A DNA stretch of 37,355 bases from a virus, in IMG/VR virus record IMGVR_UViG_3300017978_000263, positions 1 through 37,355 of that record. One strand, given 5' to 3'. Position numbers and translations under genes: made by a program. Under the pieces are notes generated by a model that saw only the letters and a list, made by a program, of their open reading frames with translations, made no database searches and was not told the DNA's origin. This document shows, one piece after another, positions 17,771-26,314 of this stretch (positions are counted from its first letter, which is position 1; every line of letters starts with the position of its first letter).

Positions 17771-18282
17771 TTGAACATAGCCTCACGTTGTGTGTTGTCT
17801 CCCCAACCGCCTGACAAATAAAGCTCAGGGAAGGCTAAGAGGATCTGCTGTAGACGTTCATCATTCAAGCAACGACCATAGCCGGACAAATCAGACTGGT
17901 TCAAAGGGAAGTTAACTGAGTAGTACACTTGCTCTTTGATGTTGTAGCCGTAGTGAGCTTCCATCGCATCTAAGACGGTATCTAGGACTTCCATCCAAGT
18001 ACCCTCATGAGGCTCAACAAAGACTGTGTGGATAGGCTCTACTTTCTCACCGTGTTCATTGATCCAAGCAGGTGTGTACATCTCAAAAGCCCAATAGCCA
18101 TCTTCGTATAGCGTAGGATCTTCTTCTACGAATGCTACAGGCTTAGTCAGCAATGTGTTCAGCTTCTCAATCTGTTCAGTGAAGAACATCTTAGTCTTTT
18201 CAAACATGGTTGTTTCCTTTGGTTCAGTTGGTTTGATTATCAAATGAAAGTACTGGTCAAGCGTTATCGCGTTAAGTGTCAT
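17767..18282 (-). CDS. Hypothetical protein (171 aa; alternative start at 18207)
   Basis: ATG 18282 is preceded by GGAGAA. The internal ATG 18207 is preceded by AAGGAAA. ATGA overlap with the downstream phosphoesterase gene. Confidence 0.55.
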   Translation of the reverse strand: MTLNAITLDQYFHLIIKPTEPKETTMFEKTKMFFTEQIEKLNTLLTKPVAFVEEDPTLYEDGYWAFEMYTPAWINEHGEKVEPIHTVFVEPHEGTWMEVLDTVLDAMEAHYGYNIKEQVYYSVNFPLNQSDLSGYGRCLNDERLQQILLAFPELYLSGGWGDNTQREAMFK

Positions 18283-18478
18283 TAAATTCTCCGTCTACTG
18301 GATGATACACCACCCATTGTGTCTCAAAGATTCCGTTACCGTAGTCCTTGAGTACTTTAGATGTCTGTATCATTCTACACCCTAATCTAGGATGATCAGT
18401 TACGTAGACCTTATAACACCCGTCAGTCCAATCAGGATGGAAAGGAGGAGGTTTATAGTGAACTACTAGCTTGCTCAT
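18272..18478 (-). CDS. Hypothetical protein (68 aa)
   Basis: ORF with a 26-nt overlap with the thyX 3' end. No motif recognised. Confidence 0.5.
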   Translation of the reverse strand: MSKLVVHYKPPPFHPDWTDGCYKVYVTDHPRLGCRMIQTSKVLKDYGNGIFETQWVVYHPVDGEFNDT

Positions 18479-19121
18479 TAAGCAGCTCCTCCGCCTGCAT
18501 CAGGCTTTTAATTGAAGGGAACTCAGCGAAGATAATATCACGACACTGGTTAGCTACGTCACGGTGTTCCTTCTGTGTTGCGGAATCACAACGGATGTCA
18601 ATGTAGTGTAACCAGCTACGCAGAGTACCGTTCATGTACATCCTAGAGACAGTTAAGCCTTCAGGTAGCAACACACGAGCACACTCTTTAGCGATACCCT
18701 TCTCCAAGGCACTTGAGTACAGGAACTTAGCTTCAGTGACTATCCTACGCTGAGCACCTTCAAACCAGTTCTGAATGCTGATGTCATCAGTGTACAGGCT
18801 GTTCTGACGGTTCTTAGTGTCTTGTAGTCGAGCTTGAGAGTCCTGAATGAACCCCTCAGAGACTGCGTAACGCTGTGAGAACTCTTGGAAGGAGAAGCTA
18901 CGGTGACGTAAGATCTGACGAGCTATATCACGTGTAGTTTCAATCTCCATACAGACGTTAACCATCTCAAATGGGGACCAGTGCTTGTTCTTAATAAGGT
19001 ACTTTAGTAATTTGGTCGCAGACGCACTGGAGTTCTGATTTGCCGGATTTGACACACGGGCCATATACGCAATCTTCTGTTCCGCTTCCGGTGTTACCCA
19101 CACTAACTTCACTTGGCTCAT
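18453..19121 (-). CDS. thyX: Flavin-dependent thymidylate synthase ThyX (222 aa)
   Basis: ThyX signature RHRSFSFQEFSQRY. ATG 19121 is preceded by GAGGAAGG. The track start 19139 is a TTG. Confidence 0.85.
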   Translation of the reverse strand: MSQVKLVWVTPEAEQKIAYMARVSNPANQNSSASATKLLKYLIKNKHWSPFEMVNVCMEIETTRDIARQILRHRSFSFQEFSQRYAVSEGFIQDSQARLQDTKNRQNSLYTDDISIQNWFEGAQRRIVTEAKFLYSSALEKGIAKECARVLLPEGLTVSRMYMNGTLRSWLHYIDIRCDSATQKEHRDVANQCRDIIFAEFPSIKSLMQAEELLNEQASSSL

Positions 19122-19260
19122 GTTGCTTACCTTCCTCAATTCCTCGTTTTAACATCTCAATGAAAGCAAAGCGGAATAGTTGTGACTGTTCTTCATTGCT
19201 CATTTTCACATGGTAGTCTGCACTACCGTCTTCATTCTCACGAATCAATTCTACGTCCAT
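18991..19260 (-). CDS. Hypothetical protein (89 aa) whose 3' end overlaps thyX by 131 nt
   Basis: ATG 19260 is preceded by a strong RBS (GAAGGAG). The first roughly 45 aa (MDVELIRENEDGSADYHVKMSNEEQSQLFRFAFIEMLKRGIEEGK) look protein-like. The remainder runs out of frame over thyX and looks atypical. Confidence 0.4.
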   Translation of the reverse strand: MDVELIRENEDGSADYHVKMSNEEQSQLFRFAFIEMLKRGIEEGKQHEPSEVSVGNTGSGTEDCVYGPCVKSGKSELQCVCDQITKVPY

Positions 19261-19687
19261 CGTGAACACTCCTTCGTCGTTCGTTAATCCAATGTTCAGG
19301 GATTGTCTTATCAGCGTACTCAAAACCGTTCTTAACACACCACTGAGCATACGTTGTACGTGATCCCTTGTTCAGCTTCTGTGAGCTGTTGGAGAAGACA
19401 AATCTAATGTCCAAGTGTGGTTGTTGTCTCTTGATGAGAATGTGTTTCTTACGGTCTGCTATGAGAAAGCGTCCCTTAGTCTCTACGATGATTCCGTTAT
19501 CTAGCACAAAGTCAGGAGTATATTGATGTTCACTCGCTGGCTTGATGTACTTGATCTTCATCTCTTCGTAGGTGAAAGGAACACCTGCTGAAGTAAGGGC
19601 TTTAGCGACATCTTCTTCAAGACCGCTACGCCACCCATGCTTCAAAGCATTAGCTCTCTTTGAGCTTGTTGTCTTACGAGTTACCAT
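19238..19687 (-). CDS. T7-type endonuclease I (Holliday junction resolvase, gp3-like)
   Basis: QYTPDFVLDNGIIVETKGRF...DRKKHILIKRQQPHLDIRFVFSNS closely parallels T7 gp3 (YTPDFLLPNGIFVETKG...DRKKHLLIREQHPELDIRIVFSSS) as I recall it. Confidence 0.85.
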   Translation of the reverse strand: MVTRKTTSSKRANALKHGWRSGLEEDVAKALTSAGVPFTYEEMKIKYIKPASEHQYTPDFVLDNGIIVETKGRFLIADRKKHILIKRQQPHLDIRFVFSNSSQKLNKGSRTTYAQWCVKNGFEYADKTIPEHWINERRRSVHDGRRIDS

Positions 19688-19971
19688 TACAACTTGGTTC
19701 TTTCATACTGATGTAACAAAGCACCGAAGGCATCAACGAATACCTCATCGTGCTGTGTATGCCCCATAGCGAACATGATTGCATGAACTAGCTCATGAGC
19801 GAATGTCTGTTCAGTGAAGGTCTTGTTCATACCTGAGCGAATACAGATGGTGAAAGTAGCACAATCACACTTACCGTACTCACTCAAGTCTTCAACAAAC
19901 TTTACGGTCCAGAGTCCACCAACGAGGTAGAAACTAGTGGGCACTTTTGGTTGGGTTCTCTTCGTAGCCAT
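19687..19971 (-). CDS. Small HExxH metallopeptidase-like protein (94 aa; SprT/ImmA-like minimal fold)
   Basis: FAHELVHAIMFAMGH contains HExxH plus a downstream His. The preceding GKCDCATFTICIRSG resembles the beta-strand region upstream of HExxH in SprT/ImmA-type proteins. There is no clear RBS. The 5' end overlaps the exonuclease gene by 70 nt. Confidence 0.5.
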   Translation of the reverse strand: MATKRTQPKVPTSFYLVGGLWTVKFVEDLSEYGKCDCATFTICIRSGMNKTFTEQTFAHELVHAIMFAMGHTQHDEVFVDAFGALLHQYERTKL

Positions 19972-20624
19972 AGAAGGTTTAAGTTTTCATCGACACGAAG
20001 TTGATTACCATCGTAAGCTTTGAGACAAGCGTCATAGTATTCCCTTTCAGTTTTACAATCCTGTAGTAGCTTCGCAGCCTTCACAGGTCCAATGCCTTTC
20101 AAGCCAATGATGTTGTCAGTACGATCCCCTGTGAGCACCTGTGTGAATAAGTTACGAAGACCCATCTCCTCAGTAACGTAGTATTCCTCATGCTTCACGA
20201 AGTTGTAATGCCAACCTGCAACTTGATCTAGGTCTTTGTCAATGGAGACAATCCATCCACCCGTCTTAGTAGCCTCAGTAGCCACTGCATCGTCTGCTTC
20301 TGAACCCTCTACCAGTTCTGCACCAAGGCGCTGGAGATGGGTACGAATAGCCTGATAATGCACTGGCCTCTTAGCATCCTTGCGGTTACCTTTGTAAGGC
20401 TCGGTGACTGCTATCTCATTCCTGAAGTTTGTCTTCCCTGTAATGTAAGCTTTGTAGTCATCACACTTCAGGTCATCGAAGACAATCTCATGGACTAACT
20501 GAGTCACACGAGCCAAACAGATAGCCTCATCAACGTCATCACTAGCGAAACCTACTCGGTAGCAGATAATGTCAGCGTCGATGATGGCTAACTTAGGACG
20601 CATATCCTTACTTGAATTTGTCAT
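19902..20624 (-). CDS. 5'-3' exonuclease / flap endonuclease (T7 gp6-like role, 240 aa)
   Basis: PIN-like N-terminus with acidic clusters (AIIDADIICYR, EADD, SIDKDLDQ) and an H3TH motif (GDRTDNIIGLKGIGPVKAAKLL). Confidence 0.8.
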   Translation of the reverse strand: MTNSSKDMRPKLAIIDADIICYRVGFASDDVDEAICLARVTQLVHEIVFDDLKCDDYKAYITGKTNFRNEIAVTEPYKGNRKDAKRPVHYQAIRTHLQRLGAELVEGSEADDAVATEATKTGGWIVSIDKDLDQVAGWHYNFVKHEEYYVTEEMGLRNLFTQVLTGDRTDNIIGLKGIGPVKAAKLLQDCKTEREYYDACLKAYDGNQLRVDENLNLLWLRREPNQKCPLVSTSLVDSGP

Positions 20625-20775
20625 TCAAAGAAGAGATAAAACCAGCTGCGGCTTCCCAAGAATTAAAAACATATTGGTATTGATGTGATAGGTTAAAACA
20701 AGCGTCTGTACCGCCCTTAACTGTAACAACAAACCCGTTCTCTACTTGAGAAATATGTAAATCAATGGTTTTCAT
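20608..20775 (-). CDS. Hypothetical protein (55 aa)
   Basis: The preferred start is ATG 20775 (MKTIDLHISQVENGF...), downstream of the preceding stop at 20786. The track start 20835 would overlap the upstream ORF. Confidence 0.45.
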   Translation of the reverse strand: MKTIDLHISQVENGFVVTVKGGTDACFNLSHQYQYVFNSWEAAAGFISSLNDKFK

Positions 20776-20785
20776 AGTACGTGCC

Positions 20786-20968
20786 TTACTTTTGAGGGTC
20801 TGCGGCATCTTGCACGTTCTTGACGAGGTGCTCAACAGCCGTAGCTGTATAAGGTTGATCCTTGTCGTTAATTGAACCCCCTAGCGTCACCACGTCAGCA
20901 GCAATAGCTACAGGGATTTCAACGACAGATACAGCGGCTTTAACTACTGAGTTTAAGATGCTAAACAT
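20786..20968 (-). CDS. Hypothetical protein (60 aa)
   Basis: TAATG-type coupling to the SSB-like gene (which ends at 20968). The N-terminus is hydrophobic. Confidence 0.45.
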   Translation of the reverse strand: MFSILNSVVKAAVSVVEIPVAIAADVVTLGGSINDKDQPYTATAVEHLVKNVQDAADPQK

Positions 20969-21393
20969 TACAGAGCCTCATCACCAGTAGCAGCTTCAGA
21001 CGCATCCGCTGGCACGTAAGTCTTCACTTCAGTGACCATAACAGTCTTGATCGAAGGAGCATTACCGTGCTTAGCTGACATACGGTGTGTGTATGAGCCA
21101 ACGATAGCTACGCACTTAGAGCCGTTACCGAGAGCTTCGATAGCAACTTCTTTGAGATTATCATCTGTAGGCTTGAACAAGTACTTGCTCTTAGCGACAA
21201 TGAAGTTACCCATAGCATCCTTGTGCTTGACTTTGATACCCAAGCCTGTGAGCTTAGCTGCATCGTCATCGCTGATGTTACCGATGGTGCATTCATACTT
21301 GTCGTTGTCTGTGTTGAATGCTGTGTTGAATTCAGCCATCCACTTAGTCCAAAACAACTCACCGCTAATCTTCACTGGTTTCAAATCTGACAT
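20968..21393 (-). CDS. Putative single-stranded DNA-binding protein (141 aa)
   Basis: RBS AAAGGA. It lies in the replication block. It has a beta-rich OB-like sequence and an acidic C-terminal tail (DASEAATGDEAL), as in T7 gp2.5-type SSBs. The call is by analogy only. Confidence 0.45.
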   Translation of the reverse strand: MSDLKPVKISGELFWTKWMAEFNTAFNTDNDKYECTIGNISDDDAAKLTGLGIKVKHKDAMGNFIVAKSKYLFKPTDDNLKEVAIEALGNGSKCVAIVGSYTHRMSAKHGNAPSIKTVMVTEVKTYVPADASEAATGDEAL

Positions 21394-21507
21394 GGTTTCT
21401 TTTCCTTTTAAGGATTGGGCTTTCGCCTTGTTGATAAAAATGCTTGTCTCTCCAAGCTGTCACTGATTGTCTCACAAGAAGAACCCCATAGCAGTCAAGG
21501 CCATCTT

Positions 21508-21693
21508 TCATTGCAAGTAGCTTCCCTCTTTACGAGAGAGAGCCTCTGCTTCATCCTCAATGTAATCAAGGGCTGCTGAGAGCACCCAGTATACATCAAG
21601 GATATCTAGATCCTCACTGTGCAATAGCATGAATGATTCATCGCTAATGTTCAGCATGATCTGAGATTTCAATTTATCGTTCTTATCGATCAT
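21508..21693 (-). CDS. Hypothetical acidic protein (61 aa)
   Basis: ORF with an 11-nt overlap with the HNH gene 3' end. Confidence 0.45.
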   Translation of the reverse strand: MIDKNDKLKSQIMLNISDESFMLLHSEDLDILDVYWVLSAALDYIEDEAEALSRKEGSYLQ

Positions 21694-22102
21694 TTTCGGC
21701 TTTCTGTAGGTAGTTTAACACTTTTTGAATGCTCTCTATGTTATCACCTAACTGTCCTAGTGACCTATTACAACCACGACATAACACGCCTCGAAACTTC
21801 ATTGTATCATGACAGTGATCGTAACACAGTTCTTCAGTCTTCCCACAGATTTGACAATTAGAACTTGTAGCCATTAGCCGCTTGTAGGTATCTCCGTCAA
21901 CTCCATACCGCTTTTGTGTTTGATGGTCCGTTTTCCAATCTTTCTTTTTAGGCTGCTTATCGTTACGACGGACAGCACATTCGTTGCATAGGTTACGCCT
22001 ACCATACTTGCTTTGAGCGTCCTTAACAAACATAGTTAAAACAAAAGAAGTCGTCCCACAATCTTTACACGTTCTAGTGGGTGTCTCGCCATGACTTGCC
22101 AT
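21683..22102 (-). CDS. HNH endonuclease, endonuclease VII family (139 aa)
   Basis: CQICGKTEELCYDHCHDTMKFRGVLCRGCNRSLG matches the Endonuclease_7 / HNH pattern (C-x2-C...DH-x-H...G-x-LC-x2-CN). RBS AGGAGA lies 8 nt upstream of ATG 22102. The gene sits immediately after the DNA polymerase. Confidence 0.8.
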   Translation of the reverse strand: MASHGETPTRTCKDCGTTSFVLTMFVKDAQSKYGRRNLCNECAVRRNDKQPKKKDWKTDHQTQKRYGVDGDTYKRLMATSSNCQICGKTEELCYDHCHDTMKFRGVLCRGCNRSLGQLGDNIESIQKVLNYLQKAENDR

Positions 22103-23849
22103 ACTTGTACTCTCCTGTTAACGGACAACGTAAGTTATAAAACTCACCTGCTTCTCGAATCGAATCAACACCCGCCTTGCCTGTGATGTCAGCAAACTCA
22201 GGTGAAGTCTCCCATTGTAGCTCATCGTGGACATTAACAACTAACTTTACAGGCCATTTATTTGCCTTAATTTTAGAGTCAAAGATCACGAGAGCCTTCT
22301 TCATCACGATTGCACCTGCCCCTTGAAGTAAGCTATTGAGTGCCGCGTGTTCACTACGAACCCAAATCTTACGACCATCAAGCCCCGGTACATAGCCCTT
22401 GGACGCATATACGGATACTTTATCACGTAGACGCTTGAGTGCGGGAGTCCCTTTAAGAAAGGAATCGATGAGCTTTTGTCCAGCCGCACTATTACCACCG
22501 ACAATCGAGCCAATCTTCGCTGGCCCTGCCCCATATAGAAAGGCGTAGATGAACGTCTTCGCTTGGTCGCGTGTTTGTAAGCTGGCTGCTTTCTGGTTAA
22601 CCGTGTGCACATCCGTTCCGTCCTTAGAGCTTCCTTCGGTGACTGTCTTGACATACTTATCATCCTTCATGTAATGAGCCAACATACGTAGCTCTAATCC
22701 ACTAGCATCACATCCAACTAGGACGTTACCTTCCTCAACTGTCCAGCACTGACGACATTCAGGACCATAAGGTGAGCCTGAGTTAGGGATCTGTGCCATG
22801 TTAGGCTTCATGTGAGTCATACGGCCTGTTACAGCTCCATTGGTGATGACTCTACCGTGAACCCTTCCGTCTTCTCCTACGACCTCTAACCACGACTCAA
22901 TCTGAGCTATACGCTTACCGAGCATCATGTACTCAGCAATCATACCCGCTATGGGGTACTTCAAACCCATCAACGTACTCTCATCCACGATAGCTTGCCC
23001 TTGAGGGTAGTTAGCTGTAGGCTCAGTGAACTTCTTAGGTTTCCACCCAAGTCCAATGAGCTTCTCAGCTATCTGCTGTCTAGAGGCAGGATTGAACACT
23101 ACCAGTTCAGGCTTCAGTACCTTACCTGTCTTCTCAGAGATACGCTCAACCTCATATGGAGGATACTCTTCCTGCATCCTGTCATTGATGGCGCTCATCT
23201 TCCCCTTGAGTTCAGCTAGTAAACAAGTAGCGTGAATGGTATCTAGTTTGAATCCATTCTTCTCTTGCTTGTTGATGATCTGTGCAACCTTATGCTCCAG
23301 CTCCAAACATTCTTTGTTTAACTGATCTTTTTTGAGAGGAAACAAATCTTTGTTGTACTTGCAATAGAAAGATTCTAGTTCTTTTTCTACGTGATGGAAG
23401 ACCCTAACCAACACATCAACGTCCCGCTTGCAATAATGCTCAAGCAAAGCCATGTGAGGATTGTCATAACATTCTCCTTTGTGTTCTTGTCTACGATTGT
23501 TTAACCATTCCCAAACACGTTCGTATTCAATCTTCGCCAGCTTCAGTGTCTCGCCCCAACTTGCTAGACTGTGTCCTTTTTCTTTTGTTGGTTCGAGCAA
23601 GCGACTTACCACCAGAGGATCGTAAACCCTCTTCGGGCCAATCGTCATCCCCCAAACCTTGTTCAAAACTGGGAAGTCGAACGAGAGACCGTTGTACGCG
23701 ACTAACTGTGAGGCCTTTTCTAAGTAGGCCGTTAGTCCACTTGGACTGTTCCATACGATTGTTTCTCCTGTGTCAATGTCCTGCGTAACAGCGAGATGAA
23801 TGACATCATGTGCCATGTTTGTCTCGATGTCGATAGCAATACGTTTCAT
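22074..23849 (-). CDS. Family A DNA polymerase with 3'-5' exonuclease domain (591 aa)
   Basis: Exo I AIDIETN. Pol motif A CDASGLELRMLA, motif B RDQAKTFIYAFLYGAG, motif C VNVHDELQWE. Confidence 0.9.
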   Translation of the reverse strand: MKRIAIDIETNMAHDVIHLAVTQDIDTGETIVWNSPSGLTAYLEKASQLVAYNGLSFDFPVLNKVWGMTIGPKRVYDPLVVSRLLEPTKEKGHSLASWGETLKLAKIEYERVWEWLNNRRQEHKGECYDNPHMALLEHYCKRDVDVLVRVFHHVEKELESFYCKYNKDLFPLKKDQLNKECLELEHKVAQIINKQEKNGFKLDTIHATCLLAELKGKMSAINDRMQEEYPPYEVERISEKTGKVLKPELVVFNPASRQQIAEKLIGLGWKPKKFTEPTANYPQGQAIVDESTLMGLKYPIAGMIAEYMMLGKRIAQIESWLEVVGEDGRVHGRVITNGAVTGRMTHMKPNMAQIPNSGSPYGPECRQCWTVEEGNVLVGCDASGLELRMLAHYMKDDKYVKTVTEGSSKDGTDVHTVNQKAASLQTRDQAKTFIYAFLYGAGPAKIGSIVGGNSAAGQKLIDSFLKGTPALKRLRDKVSVYASKGYVPGLDGRKIWVRSEHAALNSLLQGAGAIVMKKALVIFDSKIKANKWPVKLVVNVHDELQWETSPEFADITGKAGVDSIREAGEFYNLRCPLTGEYKYGKSWRDTH

Positions 23850-23995
23850 TATTTTAGATTCCAGAATAAACCAACCTGTGCAATAGCGTATCCTAACCAG
23901 ATAGCCATGTTTGAGTACTCGCCTTTGAGTCCTTGTAGCGTACCAACTATAGCATAGCCGATACCTGTGCTACCTACGATAATCATTTCAATCAT
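23849..23995 (-). CDS. Small two-TM membrane protein (48 aa)
   Basis: Not in the track. ATG 23995 overlaps the upstream stop (ATGA) and is preceded by GAGGTGA. The TAA stop overlaps the polymerase ATG (TAATG). Translation: MIEMIIVGSTGIGYAIVGTLQGLKGEYSNMAIWLGYAIAQVGLFWNLK. Confidence 0.5.
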   Translation of the reverse strand: MIEMIIVGSTGIGYAIVGTLQGLKGEYSNMAIWLGYAIAQVGLFWNLK

Positions 23996-24246
23996 GCTTC
24001 ACCTCTTGCTCGGATTGCAATCCCGCATAACTTGGCTTCCCACATCCATTGTCCCTTGTCCTCATTCTTTTTCTGTTCCACATCACAAATCTCAGCACAA
24101 GCCTTACGCTCTTTAGCTGCTACTATTCGGGCAAATTCATGTAATCCCCAGAGACCAACAATGCTTGCCATACCATCAGCAAAGCCTGCCTCTTTGCACA
24201 TAGCAACAATTTCTTCTGGTCTCCAAATAATTTCCTTTTGTGTCAT
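23992..24246 (-). CDS. Hypothetical protein (84 aa)
   Basis: ATGA overlap with the primase-helicase stop. No motif recognised. Confidence 0.55.
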   Translation of the reverse strand: MTQKEIIWRPEEIVAMCKEAGFADGMASIVGLWGLHEFARIVAAKERKACAEICDVEQKKNEDKGQWMWEAKLCGIAIRARGEA

Positions 24247-25856
24247 AGTTCCTCCATCGTGACTTCAACCATTCGTCCAGTGTTCATGTCGTACATCAAC
24301 GAGCAAGCTGGTCCTGTCAGGCCATTGTAGCGGTTCTTAGCCACTGCTACCTTAGTAGTGTGACGTACTTCAGGGTCATCGCTCATGGAGTTACGTTCCA
24401 AGGTAATGACAGCATCAGACAGCTGAGCGATAGCACCAGAGCCACGTAGCTGAGATAAGGATACTGCTGAACCATCTTCATGTCCTTTGTCAGTGCTAGG
24501 TCGTTTCAAGTGAGATACGCAGATCAAGGTAATACCTGTCTCTTGTACCAATGTACGTAGGCGTGTCATCAAGACATCAATAGACTTGCGCTCATCATTC
24601 CCATCCATACCAGAGACAACGAGACTAATGTGATCCAAGAACACAATACGACAATCACAAGCACGGGCCATGTATCGAATGCGATTAAGCACGTTGTCAA
24701 TAGCAAGGGAGCCGAAATGGTCAAACAAGAAAACACGATTAGTACCGAGAGTAGCATCGAAGGCCTCCTTCAATTCTTGTTCTGATACAGGTGTGTCGGG
24801 TAAGTGCAGCTTTTTGTTTGCGTGTAAGGACATGATGCTTCTAGCAGTTTTTCGTACTGACTCTTCCAGAAACATTCCTCCGACATTCCACTTGGTAGTT
24901 TCGAGGATTCGATACAGAATTTCTCTAAGGAATTGACTTTTGCCAAGGCCGCTGCCAGCTGTGACTGTGATGAGTTCAGCCGATCTAAGACCATAGAGTA
25001 GCTCATTAAGTCCTTTGAAGGGATAGAAGGCTTCTGCGATTGGTTCAGGTGCAGATACGCTGTCCCAAAGTGTTGAGGCTTGGATGATCCCATCGGGTAC
25101 GTAACTCTCAGCTCTCCACCACTGGTTAACGTATTCAGCTCCTCGTCCGTTAATGAGGTAATCACAGGCATCTTTGCACTCCTTCAAATGTTTAACAATC
25201 TTAACCTTATTCCCGAACAGTTCAGCTACATCCTTAGCTGCCTTCTGTCCAACTTCATCGGCATCGAAGCAGATAACGATAGTCTCGAAGCTATCTAAGT
25301 ACTCATACTGAGCCTTGCAGTCTTTAACAGCCGCTGAAGCCCCATTACGGATGCTCACAGTAGGCCATTTACTGCCTGTCATCTGATACGAAGCCAATGC
25401 GTCTAGCTCACCTTCAACGATGGTGATGTACTTCCCTTGTTTCTGAAACAGATTCTGCCCGAAAAGTGTCGCTTTCTGAAAGTTACCGGCGATGGAGAAC
25501 GTCTTGTTCTCTACAGATCGAATCTTTTCAGCTACTTTAGCACCTGTTTCATCATAATAAGGGTAGTAGTGTTTACCGTCAGCTTGTGTAACACCAAAGT
25601 ATTCACACGTATCACGTGAGATACCTCGATCTACGATAGCCTTAACTTCCCCTTGTGTCTTCATCTGAAATACCTTTGTTGTTTGTTGTTTATACGCAAC
25701 AGGCTCATCTCCTGAGCCATTGACGTAGGTGTTACAGGCAAAGCAGTATTGGTGTCCATCATCGTAGAGGCTGTTAGCATCGCTAGAGCCACACTGAGGG
25801 TTAGAACACTCTACGTGCTTGATGAACTTACTTGCTACTTTTAGAGGTTGCATCAT
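24243..25856 (-). CDS. Bifunctional DNA primase-helicase (T7 gp4-like, 537 aa)
   Basis: N-terminal Cys4 zinc finger (CSNPQCGSSD...CFACN), TOPRIM (IVEGELDALA...CFDADEVG), Walker A GSGLGKS, Walker B-like IVFLDHIS. Confidence 0.9.
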   Translation of the reverse strand: MMQPLKVASKFIKHVECSNPQCGSSDANSLYDDGHQYCFACNTYVNGSGDEPVAYKQQTTKVFQMKTQGEVKAIVDRGISRDTCEYFGVTQADGKHYYPYYDETGAKVAEKIRSVENKTFSIAGNFQKATLFGQNLFQKQGKYITIVEGELDALASYQMTGSKWPTVSIRNGASAAVKDCKAQYEYLDSFETIVICFDADEVGQKAAKDVAELFGNKVKIVKHLKECKDACDYLINGRGAEYVNQWWRAESYVPDGIIQASTLWDSVSAPEPIAEAFYPFKGLNELLYGLRSAELITVTAGSGLGKSQFLREILYRILETTKWNVGGMFLEESVRKTARSIMSLHANKKLHLPDTPVSEQELKEAFDATLGTNRVFLFDHFGSLAIDNVLNRIRYMARACDCRIVFLDHISLVVSGMDGNDERKSIDVLMTRLRTLVQETGITLICVSHLKRPSTDKGHEDGSAVSLSQLRGSGAIAQLSDAVITLERNSMSDDPEVRHTTKVAVAKNRYNGLTGPACSLMYDMNTGRMVEVTMEEL

Positions 25857-26046
25857 TCAATCCTTTACAGAAGTCAATGTCCATCTCAAAGACCTGTAGC
25901 TTCAATAGCTTCTTCTTCTGATGGTACACCTCACGCTTACGAGCATTAGCCCTGTCCATAGTCTCTCGTTTGAATACCCTACGATTGATAGGCTCGTACT
26001 GATAAGGCCAACACTCTTTGATGTGTACAGATTTAATTGTTGTCAT
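25828..26046 (-). CDS. Hypothetical basic protein (72 aa)
   Basis: The preferred start is ATG 26046 (MTTIKSVHIKECWPY...), preceded by GAGGA. It overlaps the primase-helicase start by 29 nt. Confidence 0.45.
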   Translation of the reverse strand: MTTIKSVHIKECWPYQYEPINRRVFKRETMDRANARKREVYHQKKKLLKLQVFEMDIDFCKGLNDATSKSSK

Positions 26047-26314
26047 AGTCATCCTCAGGGAAGTCAAAGTCATCACAATCACGCTCTACTGGTGCTTCAC
26101 CTGTGCCGTGACAGAAGCCACAGCGAGAGCCGTCATACATACCCTCACCTGAGCCGCTACAGTGATGGCAGATCTCGTAGCCATCGTCATCATGTTCATG
26201 TTCATTCATCATAGGTGTATCCTTCTTTCCAAAGATTAGATCCCAATTATCTCGGACCTTACTTGCGTCTTCCTTACGCCTTCCTGATCCTTTACCACCA
26301 TCTCCATGACTCAT
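26033..26314 (-). CDS. Small DnaJ-type zinc-finger protein (93 aa)
   Basis: Two C-x2-C-x-G-x-G repeats (CHHCSGSG and CGFCHGTG) flanked by very acidic segments. Start ATG 26314 is in ATGA overlap with the upstream stop. Confidence 0.6.
   Translation of the reverse strand: MSHGDGGKGSGRRKEDASKVRDNWDLIFGKKDTPMMNEHEHDDDGYEICHHCSGSGEGMYDGSRCGFCHGTGEAPVERDCDDFDFPEDDYDNN

Noticed and set aside
21434-21463. Candidate minus-strand promoter GTGACA-18-TTTTAT upstream of the SSB-like gene
   Set aside because: The -35 is imperfect, the spacer is a suboptimal 18 nt and the -10 is poor. It is plausible but unsupported without TSS data.
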